Source of the DNA: Rebecca billardiae RCC1528
Taxonomy: Eukaryota > Protista > Haptophyta
Length of the DNA: 64,000 nucleotides
Direction: 5' to 3'
Assembly (NCBI GenBank): GCA_965240325.2
Contig: OZ251224.1
Span: forward strand, 1,054,001 to 1,118,000
The translations under genes were made by a program, and so were the position numbers. Every line of letters starts with the position of its first letter. Within the stretch, counting starts at the first letter, position 1. This document shows, in pieces, positions 57,528 to 64,000 of the stretch. The notes under the pieces were generated by a model. The model was given only the letters and a program-made list of their open reading frames with translations. It was not told the DNA's origin and did no database searches.

Positions 57528-58469
57528 CTATAGTGAGTAGCCGTGTCCGGATGTGGTGTTGTCGTCGTTGTCGTGTCGTCCGAGCTGCACGCGCTGCGCA
57601 CGCGTGGCGCACTCGTCGTACAGCACAGCCTGCGCGGCTGCGCCGACGCAGTCCAGCCGGGCAAGCACAGCGTCGATGCGGAGCACCGTGTCGTGCCTGT
57701 GCGGGTGGCTGTTGCTGTCCGGGATCTTGGCGCGCGTGTGCGCGCTGCGCATGGGCACGTCGTCGGGCGTCATGACGAGGGTGAGCGCCTGCTTCGCTTT
57801 CTGCGGCTCACGGCGCGTCACCCAGTCAAGCACCAGGTTGAGCTCGCGCGGCGCCATCCCCGCCACGTCCACAATTGCAAACCTGTTGCGCAGCTGCGCG
57901 CTCGAGTTGAAGTGGTCGAGCACCGCGCGCTGGTGGCGCGCCTCCAGCAGCAGCCAGGCCTGTATCGCCGCGTCGGTGTTGTTGACGAAGCCCGATCGCG
58001 CGCCAGGGCACGTGGGCCCCCACTTGCTGCAGCGGCCGCTGCGCCGGTTGCGCTGCACGTGGTCCGCCTTGGACACGAGCCACGCATGCAGCGCGCGCGT
58101 GTTCAGCACGAACCGGGCCTCGGGGAACGTGCCGGCGAGCCATTTGAAGTCGGCCATGTCGCCGTTGTCCATGTACGCGTCGTGTGTGGCCAGCCTGCCT
58201 ACGTCGTGCGCCCTGGTCGCGAGCGCCCAGCTGGTGGTCAGCTCCCCGCACTTGTGATGGCAGGGTGTGTAGCCACGCGCGCGCATCGTGTCGCGCAGGG
58301 AGCTCGTGCCTGTCTTCTGCGGACCGAGGAAGAAGACGGGGTCGCGCAGCGCGAGCGCGCGGCGATACAGGCCAGGAAGTGTGAGTACGAGGCCGAGCAG
58401 CTCGCGCGAGCGCGTCGCTCTTCGCAGGCAACCATGGCGCGTCGCCGCGCGGCCGCTGAGCGGCCCCAT
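57528..58469 (-). CDS. Sulfotransferase-family (P-loop) protein
   Basis: 5'-PAPS-binding motif FFLGPQKTGTSSL, plus FPEARFVLNTR...WLVS resembling the 3'-PB motif. The start codon is uncertain. Confidence 0.72.
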   Translation of the reverse strand: MGPLSGRAATRHGCLRRATRSRELLGLVLTLPGLYRRALALRDPVFFLGPQKTGTSSLRDTMRARGYTPCHHKCGELTTSWALATRAHDVGRLATHDAYMDNGDMADFKWLAGTFPEARFVLNTRALHAWLVSKADHVQRNRRSGRCSKWGPTCPGARSGFVNNTDAAIQAWLLLEARHQRAVLDHFNSSAQLRNRFAIVDVAGMAPRELNLVLDWVTRREPQKAKQALTLVMTPDDVPMRSAHTRAKIPDSNSHPHRHDTVLRIDAVLARLDCVGAAAQAVLYDECATRAQRVQLGRHDNDDNTTSGHGYSL

Positions 58470-58701
58470 AAAGACTGGCCGCGGATGGACCTCAGGATGG
58501 AGGCCGTTTTGAACGCGCTCGCGCGCGGCGAGGTGAAGCGTGCAGGGGCGTTCGGCGCTGTGGGCCCCTCAAGGGCGTCAAGATGGACCGCGCCCAAGCG
58601 GCTGTCGCTCCCTGGAGCGGCCTCTCCGCGCCGTGCGAGGCCGCGGCGCGCGGGCGGTACACGACCTCCTGTCTGACGGCCGAAGGTACGAGTTGAGCAT
58701 A

Positions 58702-58793
58702 CTGTTTCCAGGTCTCTCTTCGAGAGCGTGCGATGAAGGATGGCGCGGCAACCTGCCACCGTGAGCCTTACTTACGCACGTTAAAACAAATAA
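58702..58793 (-). repeat. Repeat family B copy (reverse orientation)
   Basis: Reverse complement of 59348-59440 with small indels; preceded by TA. Confidence 0.8.
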
Positions 58794-59347
58794 TAATGAA
58801 GGCGGCGGGGGTGTGCGCAGTTTACGCCGGGCATGTGGACCTGCCCACCCTTCATCTTCCAGTTCTTCCCTTCGGCTGGGGCTCGATCAGTCGACGCGGC
58901 GTCGCACACAGCGCAGGCAGGTGTTTGGCGTGGCTGCACTCTCGAGGTGGCTGGGATACAACATCCAGGTGCAGCACCCTCCCCGTGTGGTGTCAGAGCG
59001 CGCTCTCAGTCTCGAGCGCGTGCCTCCGAGCGCGGGGCGGGCCGGGCGGCCGCTTGCTGCAATGGCCGCCTCGATGAGGTGCGGCAACGCGCCACTCACC
59101 TGCCTGCGCCGGTCTGTTTTGTGGCGGTGTCTTTGTGCAGTGTTGGATGGCGTTAATCACGCCTTAACCAAGTGTGCACGTTAAATCATAGTAAACTGTA
59201 GACTGCGCCTGCTCAAGAGCGGCCAGGACCGACCGCCCTTGGGCCAGGAGCCCCGCCATTTATTCCGCAAAACGCGGCAAAATGTTTATATTCGTGTAGT
59301 CTTGCGGCCAACAAGGCGACCACTCGTCGGGCCGTCAGAAAAAGCTA

Positions 59348-59440
59348 CAGTTTATTTGTTTTAACGTGCGTAAGGCTCACGGTGGCAGGTTGCCGCGCCA
59401 TCCTTCATCACACGCTCTCCGAAGAGAGACCTGGAAACTG
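59348..59440 (+). mobile_element. 93-bp mini-MITE, family B, CAGTTT...AAACTG termini
   Basis: Self-complementary ends, TA on the left flank, and three copies in the window. Confidence 0.7.
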
Positions 59441-59804
59441 GTTTTGAACCCATGACCTCAGACGTAAGAGCACGCCAGTACTACAACGACAGCTGTACAT
59501 ATCGCTCTGAACTGAAGTCATCATCGAGGCATCCATTGAGCTCCTCGGTGTACCCTGTGATTTTTGCAGGAATCTGTAGTGTCACGGCACCCTCCCCCCC
59601 TGCCCCTAGGGGGCCCATAGGGGCGACCCCCCAGATACCCAGGCTGAGCGGCTTTCTACCCCTCTGTAGGGACATGTCCCGGAAGTCACCGGCTGCCCAT
59701 AGTGTGCACGACACTGTTTGATTCCTAGTCTGTATAGTCAGCGACGGTCCGCGCGCGCGCCGCCGCGCCGCGGCGCCGCCAGCTGCCGCTGGCGGCGGCC
59801 GCCC

Positions 59805-59960
59805 GCCGCGCCGCGCCAAGACCCCCCCCCCACCCGACCGCCCGACCCGACCCCACTGCCCGACTGCCAGTGCCACGCCGCGCCAAGACCCCCCCCCCCC
59901 CCCCCCCCCACCCGACCGCCCGACCCGACCCGACCGCCCGACTGCCACGCCAGTCCGGCG
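59805..59960. repeat. C-rich tandem repeat (GCCAAGA-C(n)-ACCCGACCGCCCGACCCGACCCGACTGCCCGACTGCCA...), about 2 units
   Basis: Same unit and orientation as the array at 63435-63925. Confidence 0.85.
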
Positions 59961-60239
59961 CCGCGTTTCTGAAAGGCTTGGCTTGCGAGCCGGCGAGATC
60001 GACACGCGGAGGACAAAAGAAAATCATATTCCTGCTTCGTCGCACCAATAGACTAAACGAAGATCGGACGGAGATCGTGGTCTTCAGATGCAAGACCTGG
60101 AAGCCCCCCTTGGGAGTTTTCAGTTGGGGCTCTCAACGCGGCCCGGCGAGGCGGACTTCTGAGGATTCTGAGGATCCTGGAGCAGGCGGCCGGCGGGCGA
60201 GCACACGACGCCGCCCTGCGGCGGGGAGCGTCCGCGCCG

Positions 60240-60688
60240 TGCACGCTCACTGGCACCCACGTCTCCTCCGCCGCGCTGCTCGCCTCCCGTCCACGTCGTC
60301 TGACCGACGCCCGTCGGCACGTGACGTTCACGTTGCCCACGTCGCGCTCTCAGTGGGAGCGCGACGAGCTGACGCGCTGCCCGCACCCTTCGATGCTTTC
60401 CTCTTCGCATCGGGCGCGCTTGTGCTGTGGAGCCTGCGCGTGCAGGAGGAGGAGCTCTTTCTCAATCAACGTCGTGCGCGCCCGCCTTCATTCACGCTGC
60501 GCCGCGCGGAGGGGGAGAGCGCGCGCGGCTGGGCGCCGCTCGGCCGGCTGCTGGGCTCGCGCAAGTCGGAAGTTCCGGCGCTCGACCTGACGCTCCCCAG
60601 CGAGGAGGCCGAACAGATGGATGTCCCAGCTGCGGCTCACTGTGAGAGCAGCTTGTGGGAGCGGGCTCCTGCACGGCACGGTTTGTAA
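60240..60688 (+). pseudogene. Possible RMD1/RMND1 (DUF155) gene fragment
   Basis: DAFLFASGALVLWSLRVQEEELFL...EEAEQM resembles the DUF155 N-terminal motif (F.F..G.VV.W.....E..FL). There is no credible start and it is truncated. Confidence 0.35.
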
Positions 60689-62292
60689 ACAAGGTTGTCG
60701 ACGCCCAGGGTGGGCTGGCTGCGGTGAAGCTCAGGGCGTCCACCGACACCAGCGCAGCCAGGCGTGAGGCCCGCCTTCTCAGGAAGCACAGGTACGCGTC
60801 CAAGGCGTTGCCTGGATGCAGCATGCAGCTCACGAGTGCGGCCTCGTCGCCCGCCGCACGGTGCGCCGTTCTACGCGGCCATGAACTCGTACGGAGGCAC
60901 TCGCGGCGTACGCGGGTAGTGGGGAGGGCAAGCACAGACTATGGAATTGTCATGTCTTATCACTCTGGCATCGAATCCAAGGTCAGCCCGGGCAGCACGC
61001 TCGCGGCAGTGCACGCCGCTGGGTTCACCAAATCGGCCGAGGCCCGTGCAGACTCGTGACGATGCCGAGTTGGCGAGTTATTGCAGCGCCGGTGCGCACG
61101 GCGCCCCGCGTCAAAGGCCCGCGACGATGACTCTTGGGAGCTTGGCACTAGACGGACGACAGCGCGGTGGGCGTCGTCGTCACTCTGCTGCCCGCCAGTC
61201 ACTCAATATACAGATGACGATCATCATCAGAGCATGCAGTCACCGCGTGTCGAACTATCGCGATTGGCGAGTGCCGCCGCCGGACCAGACTCATGTCCCG
61301 CATCACGGGACACGGTGCCGCATCACCGTCTGACGGTCACGGATACTCGGATCTAGCAATAATAGCGCCAGTAATTCATCTGCTACGACTTCTAGCGCCG
61401 GTCCGACCGGCGGCGGAGACGTTCCGCCGGCGGCGACAGAAGTGGTGACGCCGCCCGCACTGATGGCGCAGCGCCCGGATCTGACACTGACTTCTGAGTC
61501 GGACTCGGATCGGGATGAGGAATTCAGGAAGTAGGTGAACAACGACGAGTAATAATAACGGGCTAACATGCGCGCGCGGGCCCGACGTCGGATGAGTCGT
61601 CGGAACGAATAGGCGGAATAACGTCCTGGAATCGGCACGACTCGGCGGCGCGCCACGGCCCGCCGGTACTACTACACGGTCCGATAGTTATACCGCCGTT
61701 ATTATAGCAGTACGTACGCGGCCGTTAATCCCGTATAGTCGACGACCGGTAGTCGTCGTCGCCGAGCGATCATTCGCGGCGAATCAACACGCGCGGCTCA
61801 CCGCCCGGCAGAACAAGCGTTGCACTCCACGCTGTGATCCTCTGGCCCGGTCTTGAGGACGTCGCCGCATAACTCCATCAGCTCAAATGCGACCTGCGGG
61901 AGGTGAAAACGGCACATGCCGCGGACGCCAGGCCCTAACGACATGATGAGCTTGCCCGCCGCGGACCGGCCCGCCACCACCCTTTTGATGTGCATCCGGC
62001 CGATCGACTGCGCAGCGAGTCTGGCCACGCAGAGGCAGCGTCGTGAAAGGCGTCGCCATCGTCTTCATCCATGTCACCGTCACCGTCGCAAGAGCCGTGG
62101 TGAGCGCCTATAGGAAGGCCGGCGACCCCAACCTGCGGCGCGACGCAAGCCCGGGGCCTGCCGTGTACAGACCAGTGGCCGGGCCCGCATCACAGAGCTG
62201 CAGTGTTGGTCGGCTGGAGTTGAATACGATGCCTGGTCTTTCAGCCCATCTTCCAATCCCCAATCCCACTTGAGTTGCGACCATCGCCAGCC

Positions 62293-63009
62293 CAAGGGCC
62301 GTAAGGGCACCCAACTCCCAGTGCGGAGGTTGGGGCGCCTCTGTTGTGCTCGCCGCCGTGAGTGCCCGCGGTGAGTGGCCCGTCGCCGAAGACGCGGGAG
62401 GCGAGGGTGCGGGCATGACGGGGCGCCGCGGCGGGCGGCGCGCGGCGGGCGGCGCGCGGCGGGCGAGGCGGACAGTGCTGATGGCGAGGCGGAGGTGGAG
62501 GCGGAGGTGGGGGCGAGCCGAGCGCAGCTCGGCTGAGGCCACCGGACGCGCGACGAGTCGAGCAGCCGACCGCCGGGAACGGAAGTGAGTCAGGCGGACA
62601 TGGAGGCTGCCCGTAGGGGCCTACAAGCCAAAGTGCGGGCGGGCGCCCACGCTTGCCCCTGCGTGCCCGGTGCAAGCAGCCCGAGCGCTCCGTTTGCTGC
62701 TGGCGCGCACGGCACGAGTGAGCTCGCGCGCCGCGTTGGCAACTGCCGATTGCACGGGCCGAGAGGCGAAAGAGGCGAGCCTGGCGGACTCACGCGCGTG
62801 TCAGGAGAGCCTTGACCCGCGCCGCTCAGCGGCGAGCCGTCCGGGTTCGGCATCGCCGCCAGTCATCCAGGCAGAGCGCTCGACGTCGCGCCCTCGCGCA
62901 GCGTTTGAAGCACGCCGGCCGGACGCGAGTCGCGAGGCCACGAGACAGACAGAGGCACCTCAACCTCCGAGCTGGCCGCACTGGGAGTTGGGTGCCCTTA
63001 CGGCCCTTG
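62293..63009. mobile_element. 717-bp non-autonomous P-like element, TIR CAAGGGCCGTAAGGGCACCCAACTCCCAGTGCGG, 7-bp TSD GCCAGCC
   Basis: 34-bp perfect TIR; GCCAGCC lies at 62286-62292 and 63010-63016. The TIR is related to that of the 1128-bp element. Confidence 0.9.
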
Positions 63010-63434
63010 GCCAGCCGCCGTCTTCGCCATCAGCGTCGGCGGCTAGCTGCCTTGAACCTCACGGAGCCAGCGAGCCAGCGGCTCCCTCGCTTTGACGCGC
63101 TCTACTCGAGTCTCGACCCGAAGCCCTTCCGCTCGCAAGCGATCTCGTCCAGGCCTCGTGGAGGGTGGAGAAGGACACAAAAAAGGAGCGAAGATTGCTG
63201 AGATGCTAAGGAGATTGCGGCCAAGCCATCATGCCTTCCGGGACGACCATTGGCTCGTTTTCTTCCTGATTCCAGTCTTTCGCCTGATGGTATTGAGATA
63301 ATATGTCTCACTTTGGCGACCGCTCATTTTTCGATCCCCCCCCAACCGACCAATGGGAAGGCGGAGCCGCGACTCGCTCTGAAAATGCGTGAATTGTTTC
63401 GCGGTCTGGCGGACCGGCCCGTGGAAAAACGCAG

Positions 63435-63925
63435 CGGGCTAGTCCGGGCCAGTCCGGGCCATGGCCGCCGCGCTGCCGCCGCGCCAAGACCCCCCCCCAC
63501 CCGACCGCCCGACCCGACCCGACTGCCCGACTGCCAGTGCCACGCCGCGCCAAGACCCCCCCCCCCGACCCGACCGCCCGACCCGACCCGACTGCCCGAC
63601 TGCCACGCCAGTCCGGGGCTAGTCCGGGCCAGTCCGGGCCATGGCCGCCGCGCCGCCGCCGCGCCAACTGCCAAGACCCCCCCCCCACCCGACCGCCCGA
63701 CCCGACCCGACTGCCCGACTGCCAGTGCCGCGCCGCGCCAAGACCCCCCCCCACCCGACCGCCCGACCCGACCCGACTGCCCGACTGCCATGCCAGTCCG
63801 GGGCTGCCACGCCAGCCCGGGGCTAGTCCGGACCAGTCCGGGCCATGGCCGCCGCGCCGCGCCGCGCCAAGACCCCCCCCCCCCCCCACCCGACCGCCCG
63901 ACCCGACCCGACTGCCCGACTCGGG
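63435..63925. repeat. Higher-order C-rich tandem array (about 5 units with interspersed GCTAGTCCGGGCCAGTCCGGGCCATGGCCGCCGCG blocks)
   Basis: The repeated units are directly visible. Confidence 0.9.
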
Positions 63926-64000
63926 GCCACGCCCCGGCCGCCCGGCCGGGGCACAACGCGCGCGCGCCGCGCTGGGTGGACAAATGGGGGCGTGGCGCGC

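Noticed and set aside
63435-63925. CRISPR-like array or telomere
   Set aside because: There are no unique spacers, the context is eukaryotic, and no TTAGGG-type unit is present. It is a simple higher-order tandem repeat.

Overview
This is a very GC-rich eukaryotic nuclear window with short GT-AG spliceosomal introns (donors mostly GTGCGC, about 95-200 nt). It carries signal-plus-transit-peptide plastid proteins and flagellar genes. Together these point to a secondary-plastid alga, most likely a haptophyte such as Pavlovales/Diacronema (inference). About 18 protein genes are supportable: a partial membrane protein, a repeat-domain protein, R2R3-MYB, a TENT/NTP8-type nucleotidyltransferase, PIERCE1/FAP182-like, a selenocysteine glutathione peroxidase, LRRC56/ODA8, SNF7/CHMP4, a plastid SET-domain methyltransferase, a multi-TM TIR-like protein, a DENN(+GRAM) protein, CEP89-like, a small plastid protein, COX6A, RPT2, Furry/MOR2-like, a GARP/G2-like MYB and a sulfotransferase-like protein. 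Most long ORFs in the supplied track are GC-driven antisense or off-frame artefacts. Highlights: (1) a GPx with an in-frame TGA at the catalytic position and a SECIS hairpin in its 3'UTR; (2) recently active non-autonomous DNA transposons with CAAGGG...CCCTTG ends and 7-bp TSDs (P-superfamily-like), two of them near-identical 1128-bp foldback elements inserted in bidirectional promoters; (3) a separate foldback element with about 440-bp arms and a 5-bp TSD just upstream of the MYB gene; (4) a membrane-anchored TIR-like protein retaining the WCxxE catalytic motif; (5) a protein with five copies of an unrecognised helical repeat. All family assignments come from motif recognition, not database searches.
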